Shown piece by piece: positions 39,223 through 49,359 of a stretch of DNA of 64,000 nucleotides. Numbering within the stretch: the first letter of the stretch is position 1; each line of letters starts with the position of its first letter. The notes under the pieces are model-generated. The model did not search any database. It saw only the letters and a list, made by a program, of their open reading frames with translations, and was not told where the DNA came from. The stretch is from an uncultured Legionella sp. (GTDB lineage Bacteria > Pseudomonadota > Gammaproteobacteria > Legionellales > Legionellaceae), in the NCBI GenBank assembly GCA_964513205.1, contig CAZELP010000006.1, positions 8,990-72,989 on the forward strand, read 5' to 3'. Both the position numbers and the translations under genes were made by a program.

Positions 39223-40059
39223 TTATGTTGGGCAAGAAATAGATTGTCCATTTAAGTCCTCATTACTTAAAGTGATGGTGATCGCGGCAGGAACGCTAGT
39301 TTGATTGATTTGGATGTTGTAAATCGTGTCAAAGTTGTATGTGCAGTTCCATGTTCCAGCCGTACAATATCCTTGTGCTGCATAAGACGGCAGGCATTCT
39401 CCAAATGGCCAAAGTGGGATTTTGTTGGTTGGATTCAAGCCAAGTAAATAATAAAAACTATAGGCTATGATGGGGATGTTTTTATGTTCCCAAGCAATAA
39501 AAACGGTTTTACCGCAGTAGGCTTCTGTGTTTAATATTTCTCGAGCAATATCAATATCGCCAGTGGAAAGACCGCTGCTACATATGCCTGCGGGCGAGGG
39601 CGGTTGTGGTAATGTGAGTAACCACACAGGGGGAACATCACTTGCACTTGGAACCGTGTAGTCTCCTGGGGCTGACGGCCCTCCATAATGACCTGCGCCA
39701 TAGTCAGTGAGTACGGGCAGATTAAAGTATACGGCGGTGGGCTCTATTGTTGCCAGCGGCCTAACATAGGGGTAACAAGTTTTATCGCTTGATGAGTCGG
39801 GCATTGTGACGTTTGGATTCGCTGCGTAAATTGCAGTAGGAGCACCGTACCTCGTGTTTAGCAATTGTGTGAGTGCCAGTGAACGGTTTAACCCTTGACA
39901 ATCTAACTGACCGCGAGGAAATAACAAGTTATATTCACCGTGTCGTACGATCACGATATTTTTGATGCAGTCAGAAAAAGAAACAGAAAAATTAAATAGA
40001 AAGGTTATTCCTATAAAACACCGATACAGCGATGAGAAGTGAGCGTTTTTATTTATCAA
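39223..40059 (-). CDS. Secreted Cys-rich histidine-phosphatase-superfamily-like protein
   Basis: The N-terminus is signal-like. 'IVIVRHGE' gives the RHG catalytic motif, followed by 'GLNRSLALTQLL', 'YVRPLATIEPTA' and 'IAWEHKNI'. There are more than 10 Cys residues. It overlaps the upstream OMP gene by 11 nt. Confidence 0.5.
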   Translation of the reverse strand: MINKNAHFSSLYRCFIGITFLFNFSVSFSDCIKNIVIVRHGEYNLLFPRGQLDCQGLNRSLALTQLLNTRYGAPTAIYAANPNVTMPDSSSDKTCYPYVRPLATIEPTAVYFNLPVLTDYGAGHYGGPSAPGDYTVPSASDVPPVWLLTLPQPPSPAGICSSGLSTGDIDIAREILNTEAYCGKTVFIAWEHKNIPIIAYSFYYLLGLNPTNKIPLWPFGECLPSYAAQGYCTAGTWNCTYNFDTIYNIQINQTSVPAAITITLSNEDLNGQSISCPT

Positions 40060-40852
40060 AATAATGATCCCAATGATAGATAAGCGAAATTAATGCGGTT
40101 TGAGTATTTGCTTTTGTAGAGGTGCTATTTGAAATAGGACCCAGTTGATAGACAGAAGTAGAATAGTTGTGACTGGTGATATTTTTTGAGATTTCGGGAT
40201 AAAGCGTATAAACATAATCCCCCCGAATGGAGAATCGGGACGTCATGCTTTGTTCAAATCCAAGACCGATACGCAGACCTGTCATAGACTCTGCATAGGT
40301 GTTATTTAAGGTCGTTTCAAGCGGGATAGTTGATCTGGAGTCTTCTACAGAAACCGTCCGAGTGAATTGATTAAAAGAAGCTCCGATACGTCCGTATAGC
40401 AAACTGCTTTGATTCACCAAAAACCCAAACCGTCCGTCGATTCCAAAATCAGCAGTACCAAGACTCGTTTTCGTATTGGTGACTAGGGATTCACTTGGAA
40501 ACAATAAGTGACTTGTCTCACTCCAATAAGATTGAAGACCACTGATATTGACGTATAGCTCTGGGCCCGCAAAAAATTGCTTAAAAGCAAACAATTTGCC
40601 GATGTAAAAAGAGCCTAACACGCTGGTTTCTGATGTTTTTGGATGAATAGACTGATTCGAGAAAAATGAAAATGAAGGGTTGATTTCAGTCAGGCTAGAG
40701 GTATTAAACTGCCCATTCGTGACACCTATTCCTGCCCCAATATAATAGTCTGGAAAAAAGTCGATACTTTTCGGAGTGGAGAATGCGAAAGTAGACACCG
40801 GTATGATCAGGCATGAAAATAGCACTTGTATTGTTTTTAAAAATTGATTCAT
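40049..40852 (-). CDS. Outer-membrane beta-barrel protein (OMP_b-brl-like)
   Basis: The start is taken at 'MNQFLKTIQVLFSCLIIPVSTFA' (ATG 40852), which is a signal peptide. 'YYIGAGIGVT' and 'YGRIGASF' are beta-strand motifs. Confidence 0.65.
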   Translation of the reverse strand: MNQFLKTIQVLFSCLIIPVSTFAFSTPKSIDFFPDYYIGAGIGVTNGQFNTSSLTEINPSFSFFSNQSIHPKTSETSVLGSFYIGKLFAFKQFFAGPELYVNISGLQSYWSETSHLLFPSESLVTNTKTSLGTADFGIDGRFGFLVNQSSLLYGRIGASFNQFTRTVSVEDSRSTIPLETTLNNTYAESMTGLRIGLGFEQSMTSRFSIRGDYVYTLYPEISKNITSHNYSTSVYQLGPISNSTSTKANTQTALISLIYHWDHYFDK

Positions 40853-40990
40853 ATTTGAGTCGTATTGAGTGAATGAGTTTTTTAAATTTGATTTCTGGTA
40901 GATATTTGTAACAAGTTTTAAAGACGAAGTCATCATTCTAAATGCTTTTTGTTGTGTCTTGGCTCTTTACGTTGTATTATCGCGTTTCTT

Positions 40991-41016
40991 AATTAAGACT
41001 AAAACAGTACTCGATA
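40991..41016 (+). promoter_or_regulatory. Possible IscR/Rrf2 operator upstream of the suf operon
   Basis: 'AAGACTAAAACAGTACTCGAT' contains GACT-N5-AGTA. This resembles the GACT-N5-AGTC core of the E. coli type 1 IscR site (from memory). A candidate promoter, TTGTGT-17-TATTAT, lies just upstream. Confidence 0.25.
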
Positions 41017-41031
41017 AAATAAACGAGAAAA

Positions 41032-41457
41032 ATGATGCTTCGTATTAGCAAATTGGCAGATTATAGTACCGTGATCATGGTGTATTTGGCTAAGAAACCA
41101 GATCAACTTTCGAGCGCTCGTGATATTGCGCTTCATACAAGAATCACTTTGCCAACCGTCAGTAAGTTGTTGAAACGATTGACGGCGGCGTCATTGTTGA
41201 TTTCTGTGCGTGGTGTGGCGGGTGGGTATCGTCTTTCGAAAAAAGCAGAAGACATTTCTATCCGTGAAATTTTATATGCACTCGATGATTCTCGTGGGTT
41301 GACCGAGTGCGAGCATGCGCCCAGTGCTTGTGCATTACATGATGTTTGTCATGTCCAACATCATTGGCGCATTATCAGCAATATGATTGAGTCTACACTA
41401 AACAGTGTGAATTTAGCAGCTTTGGCTTCTTCTCAAATAGGAATACAACGTGGTTAA
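41032..41457 (+). CDS. Rrf2-family Fe-S cluster regulator (IscR/SufR-like)
   Basis: The N-terminal wHTH reads '[16 protein letters not shown]...[11 protein letters not shown]'. The clustered ligands are '[15 protein letters not shown]'. Confidence 0.85.
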   Translation: MMLRISKLADYSTVIMVYLAKKPDQLSSARDIALHTRITLPTVSKLLKRLTAASLLISVRGVAGGYRLSKKAEDISIREILYALDDSRGLTECEHAPSACALHDVCHVQHHWRIISNMIESTLNSVNLAALASSQIGIQRG

Positions 41458-42898
41458 AGAGAATGATACTTTAGATTCATGGTTAAAACGTGATTACGAA
41501 CATGGATTTGTCACAGAAATCGAAACTGAGACTTTTGCTCCAGGGCTTGATGAGTCTGTGATAAAACGCTTATCAGCTATTAAACGAGAACCTCAGTTTG
41601 TTCTAGATTGGCGTCTTAAAGCGTATGAGGCATGGTTAAAAATGGAAGTCCCTCATTGGGCAAGTGTACATTATCCTGCAATCGATTATCAGGCCATTTC
41701 GTACTATTCTGCTCCTAAAAAAAAGGAAGATGCACCTAAAAGTTTAGATGAAGTTGATCCTGAATTGCTCCGTACGTATGAAAAATTAGGTATTCCGCTG
41801 CAAGAGCAGGCATTATTGGCTGGTGTTGCCGTTGATGCTGTGTTTGATAGTGTTTCTGTTGCCACGACTTTCAAATCCAAATTGGCTGAAAAAGGAATTA
41901 TTTTCTGTTCTTTTTCCGAGGCTGTACACACTCATCCCGAATTAATAGAGCAATATTTGGGTTCGGTCGTTCCTTATCGCGATAATTTTTATGCGGCACT
42001 GAATTCTGCGGTGTTTAGCGATGGTTCTTTTGTATATGTCCCTAAAGGGGTGCGTTGTCCAATGGAATTATCAACTTACTTTAGAATCAATTCAGCCGGG
42101 ACCGGCCAGTTTGAGCGAACACTAATTATTGCGGACGCCGATAGTTATGTTTCCTACCTTGAAGGTTGTACGGCACCGAAGCGAGATGAAAATCAATTGC
42201 ATGCGGCGGTTGTTGAACTCATTGCGCTTGAAAATGCTCAAATTAAGTATTCCACTGTTCAAAATTGGTACCCTGGTGATGAAGAAGGGAAAGGTGGAAT
42301 CTACAATTTCGTGACCAAGCGAGGCGCTTGTCGAGGCGCGCGCTCCAAAATTTCATGGACACAAATCGAAACGGGATCAGCCATTACATGGAAATATCCA
42401 AGTGTTGTGTTACAAGGTGATGATTCAGTTGGAGAGTTTTACTCCGTTGCAGTGACCAATCATTGTCAGCAAGCGGATACTGGAACAAAAATGATTCACT
42501 TAGGTAAAAATACTCGCTCTACAATTATTTCAAAAGGTATCAGTGCGGGTCGTGCGCATAATGCGTATCGAGGTTTGGTTCGTGTGGCCCCAACGGCGGA
42601 AAATGCAAGAAATTATACACAATGTGATTCTTTATTGATGGGGGCTTCGTGTTCTGCAGATACTTTCCCTTACATAGAAGTTAAAAATCCAACTGCACAA
42701 ATAGAACATGAAGCAACAACATCAAAATTAAGCGATGAACAGCTTTTTTATTGTTTGCAACGTGGAATTGAAACAGAAGATGCTGTCTCGATGATTGTGA
42801 ATGGGTTTTGTAAGCAGGTATTAAAGGAGCTTCCCATGGAGTTTGCTGTGGAAGCCACAAAATTGCTAGGTATTAGTTTAGAGGGGGCTGTGGGGTAA
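41450..42898 (+). CDS. sufB: Fe-S cluster assembly scaffold SufB
   Basis: The GTG start overlaps the regulator's stop. Motifs read: 'YSTVQNWY', '[13 protein letters not shown]' and '[15 protein letters not shown]'. Confidence 0.97.
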   Translation: MVKENDTLDSWLKRDYEHGFVTEIETETFAPGLDESVIKRLSAIKREPQFVLDWRLKAYEAWLKMEVPHWASVHYPAIDYQAISYYSAPKKKEDAPKSLDEVDPELLRTYEKLGIPLQEQALLAGVAVDAVFDSVSVATTFKSKLAEKGIIFCSFSEAVHTHPELIEQYLGSVVPYRDNFYAALNSAVFSDGSFVYVPKGVRCPMELSTYFRINSAGTGQFERTLIIADADSYVSYLEGCTAPKRDENQLHAAVVELIALENAQIKYSTVQNWYPGDEEGKGGIYNFVTKRGACRGARSKISWTQIETGSAITWKYPSVVLQGDDSVGEFYSVAVTNHCQQADTGTKMIHLGKNTRSTIISKGISAGRAHNAYRGLVRVAPTAENARNYTQCDSLLMGASCSADTFPYIEVKNPTAQIEHEATTSKLSDEQLFYCLQRGIETEDAVSMIVNGFCKQVLKELPMEFAVEATKLLGISLEGAVG

Positions 42899-43645
42899 AT
42901 GTTAACAATAGAACAATTGCATGTCGCAACCGATGACACTCCGATTTTAAAAGGCATTGATCTGACGGTTAAAGCAGGCGAGGTACATGCCATCATGGGG
43001 CCTAATGGCTCGGGCAAGAGTACTTTATCGAAGGTATTGGCAGGTCATCCTGCGTACACGGTAACAAGCGGCTCGATGACTTATCTAGGACAGGATCTCA
43101 GCGCTTTGTCTGCAGTTGAGCGTGCGCAGGCGGGTCTTTTTTTGTCTTTTCAGTATCCCGTTGAAATACCAGGTGTGACCAATATCAATTTCTTAAAAGC
43201 GTCAGTGAATGCAGTTCGTAAAGCCCAAGGCAAATCACCTATGGATGCGATTGAGTTTTTAAGTTTTATTCGTGAGAAATGTCGTCTTGTCGAGATGGAT
43301 GAGTCATTCTTGTATCGAAATATCAACGAGGGCTTTTCTGGTGGAGAGAAGAAACGAAACGAGATTTTGCAAATGGCGGTTCTTGAACCGAAACTTGCCA
43401 TTCTAGATGAAACAGATTCTGGTCTTGATATTGATGCATTAAAAACCATCGCTGAAGGCATTAATGCCATGCGAAGTCCTTCTCGTGCAATTATTTTAGT
43501 GACGCATTACCAGCGGCTTTTGAATTATATTGAACCTGATTACATTCATGTTTTAGCCAATGGACGCTTGGTTCGTTCTGGCGATAAATCTTTGGCTCGT
43601 GAGCTTGAAGATAAAGGCTATAGTTGGCTTGAGGAAATGGAGTGA
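42899..43645 (+). CDS. sufC: Fe-S cluster assembly ATPase SufC
   Basis: Walker A is 'GPNGSGKST', the ABC signature is 'FSGGEKKRNE', and Walker B is 'AILDETDSGLD'. Confidence 0.97.
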   Translation: MLTIEQLHVATDDTPILKGIDLTVKAGEVHAIMGPNGSGKSTLSKVLAGHPAYTVTSGSMTYLGQDLSALSAVERAQAGLFLSFQYPVEIPGVTNINFLKASVNAVRKAQGKSPMDAIEFLSFIREKCRLVEMDESFLYRNINEGFSGGEKKRNEILQMAVLEPKLAILDETDSGLDIDALKTIAEGINAMRSPSRAIILVTHYQRLLNYIEPDYIHVLANGRLVRSGDKSLARELEDKGYSWLEEME

Positions 43646-43648
43646 GCG

Positions 43649-44896
43649 ATGCAATCAGCGCTTGAGTTTTACCTAGAACAGCAAAAAAAATGCTCTCGTT
43701 TCCCTTCATTAGAAGGGCTATGTAGTGAGGCGTTAGATCAATTTAAAACACAAGGTTTTCCAACACGTTCGGATGAGGATTGGAAATACACATCGACGGC
43801 TGATTTTTGCTCAACCCGTTTTTTGAATGACAATACGGCGGGCGATTTTGACTCATCTTCCAATGTATTTTCATCTCTTCCTACCTATACAATGAGAGGT
43901 GAGCTGGTTTCTGAAGCGTTGTTACCGGCGGGTGTAATTGTGACTTCTTGGGCGAATGCTTTAGATTTGCATGCAGAAAAAATAGCACCTTATTTAGGAA
44001 AAATTTTAAAAACGCAACATGGATTTTTGTCTCAAAATACTGCCATGCTTTCTCAAGGGGTATTTATTTATGTGCCTAAATCGATTGTAGTCGACCTTCC
44101 CTTACGTTTGCTGAACGCTCCTCTCAAAGATGGTGCTCGTTATATTCGTCATCTTGTTGTACTAGAAGAAGGTGCATCTTTGTCCGTGGTTGAAGATTAT
44201 CAAGGAACAAATGATGTGGCTTATTATACCAATACGGTCACGGAAGCTTATTTACATGCACATGCTTCGTTGAAGCATTATAAAATTCAACGCGAGGGAA
44301 GAAAGGCTTATCATGTAGGGCACCTGGCTGTTGTACAAAAGGCACATGCTGTTCTTGAAAGTCACTCATTTGCTCTTGGGGGCGCTTGGGTGCGTAGTGA
44401 TATTGAAATTCAACTTGAAGAGTCTCATGCAACTTGTTCAATGAATGGAATTTACATGACAAGCGACAAGCAACATTTGGATCACCACACGAAGGTGCAT
44501 CATCATGTTCCTTTCTGTAGCAGTTATCAGGATTATAAAGGTCTGATTGCAGGCGCTTCCCGAGTTGTCTTTAATGGTATTGTAGATGTGCGACCATTCG
44601 CTGTGGGGACTGTTGCGCATCAAAGCAATAAAAATTTATTGCTTTCAAGAAATGCAGAAGTCGATACCAAACCACAATTGGAAATCGACGCGGATGATGT
44701 CATCTGTACTCATGGTGCGACGGTCGGACAGCTTGATGCAGATGCTTTGTTTTATCTCGAGGCTCGAGGGATTCCACAAGAAGAAGCTCGATATCTGTTA
44801 ATGCGTGCCTTTGTAGAAGAAAACTTACAGAAAATGGGTCGACCAGAGTGGTCTCAGTGGATGAGTGATTTACTGAATCCAACAATGGAGTTTTAA
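43649..44896 (+). CDS. sufD: Fe-S cluster assembly protein SufD
   Basis: The beta-helix family C-terminus reads 'KPQLEIDADDVICTHGATVGQLDADALFYLEARG'. The gene lies between sufC and sufS. Confidence 0.9.
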   Translation: MQSALEFYLEQQKKCSRFPSLEGLCSEALDQFKTQGFPTRSDEDWKYTSTADFCSTRFLNDNTAGDFDSSSNVFSSLPTYTMRGELVSEALLPAGVIVTSWANALDLHAEKIAPYLGKILKTQHGFLSQNTAMLSQGVFIYVPKSIVVDLPLRLLNAPLKDGARYIRHLVVLEEGASLSVVEDYQGTNDVAYYTNTVTEAYLHAHASLKHYKIQREGRKAYHVGHLAVVQKAHAVLESHSFALGGAWVRSDIEIQLEESHATCSMNGIYMTSDKQHLDHHTKVHHHVPFCSSYQDYKGLIAGASRVVFNGIVDVRPFAVGTVAHQSNKNLLLSRNAEVDTKPQLEIDADDVICTHGATVGQLDADALFYLEARGIPQEEARYLLMRAFVEENLQKMGRPEWSQWMSDLLNPTMEF

Positions 44897-46117
44897 ATGA
44901 GATTTGTACCCGAAAAAGTGCGTTTAGACTTTCCTATATTGGATCAATCAATCCATCATCATCGTCTGGTTTATCTCGATAATGCGGCTACCACTCAGAA
45001 ACCACAAGCTGTTCTAGATGAGATTGTTCGCTATTATCGAGAGGACAATGCAAATGTACATCGTGGTGTGCATGTGTTGAGTGAGCGTGCTACTGCTCAA
45101 TTTGAAAAAGCACGTCGTCTTGTTCAGCAGTGGATCAATGCTCCTTCGTCATCCGAGTGTATTTTTGTGCGTGGTACCACTGAAGCGATTAATCTGGTTG
45201 CACAAAGCTATGCGTTACCGCTCCTTCAGCCGGGTGATGAAATTATTCTCAGCTATTTAGAGCATCATTCAAATATTGTCCCCTGGCAGATGGTGTCTCA
45301 GGCCACTGGGGCAGTTATTCGTGTGATCAATTTACTACCAGACGGTCAGCTTGATTTATCTCATTATGAAGAACTGCTTTCACCAAAAACAAAAATCGTT
45401 GCTTTGACGTATGCTTCAAATGCATTGGGAATATTGAATCCTATTGCTCTTCTGGCTGAAAAAGCGCACTCAGTTGGTGCTGTGTTATTGGTAGACGGTG
45501 CACAAGCAACCGCACATATGCCGGTCGATGTGCAAGCGCTTGGTTGTGATTTTTATGCTTTTTCTGGTCATAAAATGTATGCGCCAACGGGTATCGGCGT
45601 TCTTTGGGGACGTGAGGATTTGCTCAATAACATGCGACCTTATCAAGGTGGTGGTGAGATGATTGAATACGTTCAGTTTGATAAAACCGCTTATGCACCT
45701 CTCCCTTATAAATTTGAAGCAGGAACGCCGAATATTGAGGGCGTGATTGGACTTATGGCGGCAATTCAATATTTGTCTCAATATGATATGCAAATGTTGA
45801 TGGAGTATGAGGCGAATCTTTTAGCTTATGCCACTAAAGCCATTCTTAACGTTCCTAATATCCGTATTTATGGCCTATCTCAAGAAAAAGTTCCGGTGAT
45901 TTCTTTTACCCACGACACCATACATTCTCATGATTTGGCAACTATTTTGGATAGTCGTGGTGTTGCAATGCGAAGTGGTCATCATTGTGCAATGCCTCTG
46001 ATGACGTATTTGAAAGTTCCTGCGACGACAAGATTGTCCTTGTCTTTTTATAATACATTTGAGGACATTGATGCGGCTGTTGATGCTCTCTATTATGCCT
46101 GTGAGGTTTTTCGTTAA
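44897..46117 (+). CDS. sufS: Cysteine desulfurase SufS (group II)
   Basis: Motifs read: 'YLDNAATTQKP', the PLP-binding Lys in 'SGHKMYAPTGIG', and the catalytic Cys in 'RSGHHCAMPL'. Confidence 0.95.
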   Translation: MRFVPEKVRLDFPILDQSIHHHRLVYLDNAATTQKPQAVLDEIVRYYREDNANVHRGVHVLSERATAQFEKARRLVQQWINAPSSSECIFVRGTTEAINLVAQSYALPLLQPGDEIILSYLEHHSNIVPWQMVSQATGAVIRVINLLPDGQLDLSHYEELLSPKTKIVALTYASNALGILNPIALLAEKAHSVGAVLLVDGAQATAHMPVDVQALGCDFYAFSGHKMYAPTGIGVLWGREDLLNNMRPYQGGGEMIEYVQFDKTAYAPLPYKFEAGTPNIEGVIGLMAAIQYLSQYDMQMLMEYEANLLAYATKAILNVPNIRIYGLSQEKVPVISFTHDTIHSHDLATILDSRGVAMRSGHHCAMPLMTYLKVPATTRLSLSFYNTFEDIDAAVDALYYACEVFR

Positions 46118-46563
46118 TGGATATTCGTGAACTTTATCAAGAAGTGATCATGGATCACAATCGACATCCTCGAAATCACCATGAAATGAGTCATCCAACC
46201 TGCTCTGCAAGAGGCTATAATCCGTTGTGTGGTGATCAGTTAACGGTGTATTTGCATCTTGCGGATCACAAAGTGGATGACATTAGTTTTGTTGGATGCG
46301 GGTGTGCGATATCCCAAGCTTCGGCTTCTCTCATGACAGAAGTCATCAAAGGAAAATCAATTGAAGAAGCGCATGCTTTATTTCAAACTTTTCACGACAT
46401 GATGACCAAAGATAATGTTTCTTTGAGCCAAATAGATAAACTTTCGGTCTTGAGCGGGGTTAAAGCTTATCCGGCTCGAGTAAAGTGTGCAACACTTGCT
46501 TGGCATACATTAGATGCGGCATTGAAGCAAGAAGCAAACATTGTAAACACGGAGATATCGTGA
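46117..46563 (+). CDS. sufU: SUF-system NifU/IscU-like sulfur acceptor (SufU type)
   Basis: Motifs read: 'NPLCGDQLTV', 'GCGCAISQASASLMTE' and 'KCATLAWH'. The start overlaps the sufS stop as TAATG. Confidence 0.85.
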   Translation: MDIRELYQEVIMDHNRHPRNHHEMSHPTCSARGYNPLCGDQLTVYLHLADHKVDDISFVGCGCAISQASASLMTEVIKGKSIEEAHALFQTFHDMMTKDNVSLSQIDKLSVLSGVKAYPARVKCATLAWHTLDAALKQEANIVNTEIS

Positions 46564-46901
46564 TACTTGGATTTAAAAAAAAGCAAAAAGAGCTTGATGC
46601 GCTTAAAGAAGCAATTATTGCCGCGCTTAAAACAGTCTATGATCCTGAAATCCCGACCAATATTTACGATTTAGGATTAATTTACGATATCGCAATTAAT
46701 GAAGAAAAGCATGTTGATATAAAAATGACACTGACTTCTCCTGGATGTCCAGTTGCACAGACCTTTCCTGGGACTGTCGAGCAAGCCGTTTTGACCGTTG
46801 ATGGTGTTCGTGAATGTGTTGTTGAGCTGGTGTGGGAGCCGCCATGGACGCAAGAACGAATGAGTGAAATTGCAAAACTTGAACTTGGAATTTTTTATTA
46901 A
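46560..46901 (+). CDS. sufT: DUF59/MIP18-family Fe-S assembly protein (SufT-like)
   Basis: GTG 46560 follows 'GGAG' and overlaps the sufU stop. Motifs read: 'VYDPEIPTNIYDLGLIY' and 'MTLTSPGCPV'. Confidence 0.75.
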   Translation: MILGFKKKQKELDALKEAIIAALKTVYDPEIPTNIYDLGLIYDIAINEEKHVDIKMTLTSPGCPVAQTFPGTVEQAVLTVDGVRECVVELVWEPPWTQERMSEIAKLELGIFY

Positions 46902-47851
46902 TGTATCCTTCTTGGCGGCCATCGGCCTCTTTAATCGATCTGCGTAAACGTGCTGAACTTTTAGCAAAAGTTCGTTCTTTTTTTGTTGATAGGGGCTACT
47001 TAGAGGTCCAAACACCGATTATGGCTCGGTATGGTGTGACTGATCGTTATCTTGAGAATATCCAAGCTGTTTTTAGAAAGCAGTGTTATGCGTTACAAAC
47101 CTCTCCGGAATATCACATGAAGCGCTTACTCGCTGCAGGGAGCGGGCCCATTTTTCAATTGTTTCAAGCATTTCGTGATGATGAGCTGGGGCGTTGGCAT
47201 AATCCTGAATTTACGATGTTAGAGTGGTATAAGTTGGATGCAGATCATCTTGCTTTATTGAATGAAGTCGAGATTTTTGTTCGCGCTATTTTAAACTGTC
47301 CCCCTTTTATTCGAAAAACTTATCGTGAAGTATTTCTTGAGTATTGTGCAGTCGATCCATTCATGGCAACAGTTGGTGAGCTTCGCCATACCGTTTCTCT
47401 TTATCATTTAGACACCGTGTTCAGTGTTGAAGAGTTGAATCGAGATTTATATTTGTTTTTGTTGATGACACATGTGATAGAGCCTGCTTTTAAACATTTG
47501 GATTCTCCTGTCGCTGTTACTGATTTTCCACCTTCTCAAGCTTTTTTATCTCAGATAGTAGACGGCGTTGCTCAGCGTTTTGAAGTGTATTATCAGGGAG
47601 TGGAGCTGGCCAATGGGTTTCATGAACTGACTGATGCCTTGCTTCAAGAGCAGCGATTTCAAAACGACAATGCAGAGCGTTTACATGATGGACTCCCTGT
47701 TGTAGAAGCCGACCGATATCTACTGGAAGCATTAAAATTTGGATTACCTCCATGCAGTGGTGTTGCTCTAGGAATTGATCGGTTGTTTGCTTTCGCTCTT
47801 GGAAAGACGAGCATTAAAGAAGTGCTTGCCTTTGATCATGAGCGTGCTTGA
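46901..47851 (+). CDS. epmA: EF-P (R)-beta-lysine ligase EpmA (PoxA/GenX)
   Basis: This is a class II LysRS-like core without an anticodon domain. Motifs read: 'FFVDRGYLEVQTPIM', 'FRDDELGRWHNPEFTMLEWY' and 'GVALGIDRL'. The ATG overlaps the sufT stop as TAATG. Confidence 0.9.
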   Translation: MYPSWRPSASLIDLRKRAELLAKVRSFFVDRGYLEVQTPIMARYGVTDRYLENIQAVFRKQCYALQTSPEYHMKRLLAAGSGPIFQLFQAFRDDELGRWHNPEFTMLEWYKLDADHLALLNEVEIFVRAILNCPPFIRKTYREVFLEYCAVDPFMATVGELRHTVSLYHLDTVFSVEELNRDLYLFLLMTHVIEPAFKHLDSPVAVTDFPPSQAFLSQIVDGVAQRFEVYYQGVELANGFHELTDALLQEQRFQNDNAERLHDGLPVVEADRYLLEALKFGLPPCSGVALGIDRLFAFALGKTSIKEVLAFDHERA

Positions 47852-47874
47852 GGACGTTGGGACTCACGAGAATT

Positions 47875-49359
47875 CTAATCGAGCGGATCTTGACAGTGTT
47901 GAGGAGGATTTTCTTGTATTTTTTGAATTTTTGCATCCCACCAACCGCCTCCTAATGCTTGGAACAAAGCGACACTATCTAATAATCGGTTGGTTTGTGC
48001 TTGAATTAATGCCAGTTCTTTTTCAAGATAAAACTGCTCGTTTTGTAGTAAAATGTAAGTATTCAGATCTCCCAGTTGCCATTGTTGTCGAGCAATGAAT
48101 AAATTGCTTTGAGACGCTTTTTGAGCCACTTTCGCCGTTTTAAAGGCTTGACTGTCTTGATAAATCGCTTGTAATGTGTCGGTCACATTTTGAAACGCTT
48201 GAATTACCGTTGAGCGATAATTTTCTGCAGCCTGTTGGTAAGCGGCTTCTGCGGCTCTTTGTTGATGCATCAGTTTTCCGGCATCGAAAACAGGTTGCGC
48301 TATAATTCCTGCAAGACCCCAAAAATTGGTATTGGGTCCAATAAAACTGGCAAGCGTAGTCGATGAGGCACCTAGTCCTGTTGTGGTGAGATTGATGTTG
48401 GGTAATCGATTCGATTTGGCTACGCCAATCAAAGCATTAGCTGAATGCATTTGTTCTTCTGCTGCTCGGATGTCTGGGCGTTGTTCTAAAAGTGTTGAAG
48501 GTAAAGAAAGTGGTAATCTTTGAGGTAGTTTGATTTCACCCCATTGAAAACGCGGTGTTTCACGATTATCAGGTAATCGTCCTGCTAGTGCGTTTAGTAG
48601 ATCATGTTGTAAAGCCAATTGTTTTCGTAGGGGAGGAAGAGACGCTTCATTGGAAGCCAGCGCTTGCTCTTCTAAATGTATATCAAATGAAGAGGCATCC
48701 CCAAGCGCGTATCGTTTGCGTGTGATATCCAATAAGTCTTTTTGTATCTTGATCAGTTTTGTTGTGGTATTAATTTGCGCATTTAAAGCCGCTTCTTGAA
48801 TGGCTGCACTGGCTACATTTGAAGCTAAAGTTAAGTAAGTTGCTTCCAATTGCAGCTGTTGATAGTGTGCCAAAGCGATGAGTGATTCTTCTTGTCGCTT
48901 GTTGCCACCAAAGGCATCTGGATTATAACCCACAAGCAATTGTCCAGTGAATAATGAGTAGTCATATTGATTAGATGCAAGGACGCTTGTTAATATGCGA
49001 GCGACCTGTTGTTTACTTGGCTCGAAACTTAACCTCACACTTGGGAAGTAAATGCTTCGATGTGCATATACTTGTTCTCTTGCATACGAAAGAGAAGCCT
49101 TTGCTGCTCCGACATCTGCGTTATGTGCAAAGCTTTGGGTGATCAATTCATTTAAAGCTTTTGAATGAAAAAGCTTCCACCATTTTTTGGGAATTTTTTC
49201 ATTCAACTCTATTGTTTGTTGTTCAAGTTTTTGATGTGTTTTGCTGGACAAGGTGTTTGGAAGCATGGGTTTAGGGCGTTTATAATCAGGCCCAACAACA
49301 CAGCTTGCCAATAATACGCTAAGAAAAAAAATCGGGCCTCGTTTACAGATGCTCATCAT
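47875..49359 (-). CDS. Efflux outer-membrane factor lipoprotein (NodT family)
   Basis: The lipobox is 'LLASC'. Two TolC-like repeats are present. The gene overlaps the RND gene by 4 nt. Confidence 0.9.
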   Translation of the reverse strand: MMSICKRGPIFFLSVLLASCVVGPDYKRPKPMLPNTLSSKTHQKLEQQTIELNEKIPKKWWKLFHSKALNELITQSFAHNADVGAAKASLSYAREQVYAHRSIYFPSVRLSFEPSKQQVARILTSVLASNQYDYSLFTGQLLVGYNPDAFGGNKRQEESLIALAHYQQLQLEATYLTLASNVASAAIQEAALNAQINTTTKLIKIQKDLLDITRKRYALGDASSFDIHLEEQALASNEASLPPLRKQLALQHDLLNALAGRLPDNRETPRFQWGEIKLPQRLPLSLPSTLLEQRPDIRAAEEQMHSANALIGVAKSNRLPNINLTTTGLGASSTTLASFIGPNTNFWGLAGIIAQPVFDAGKLMHQQRAAEAAYQQAAENYRSTVIQAFQNVTDTLQAIYQDSQAFKTAKVAQKASQSNLFIARQQWQLGDLNTYILLQNEQFYLEKELALIQAQTNRLLDSVALFQALGGGWWDAKIQKIQENPPQHCQDPLD

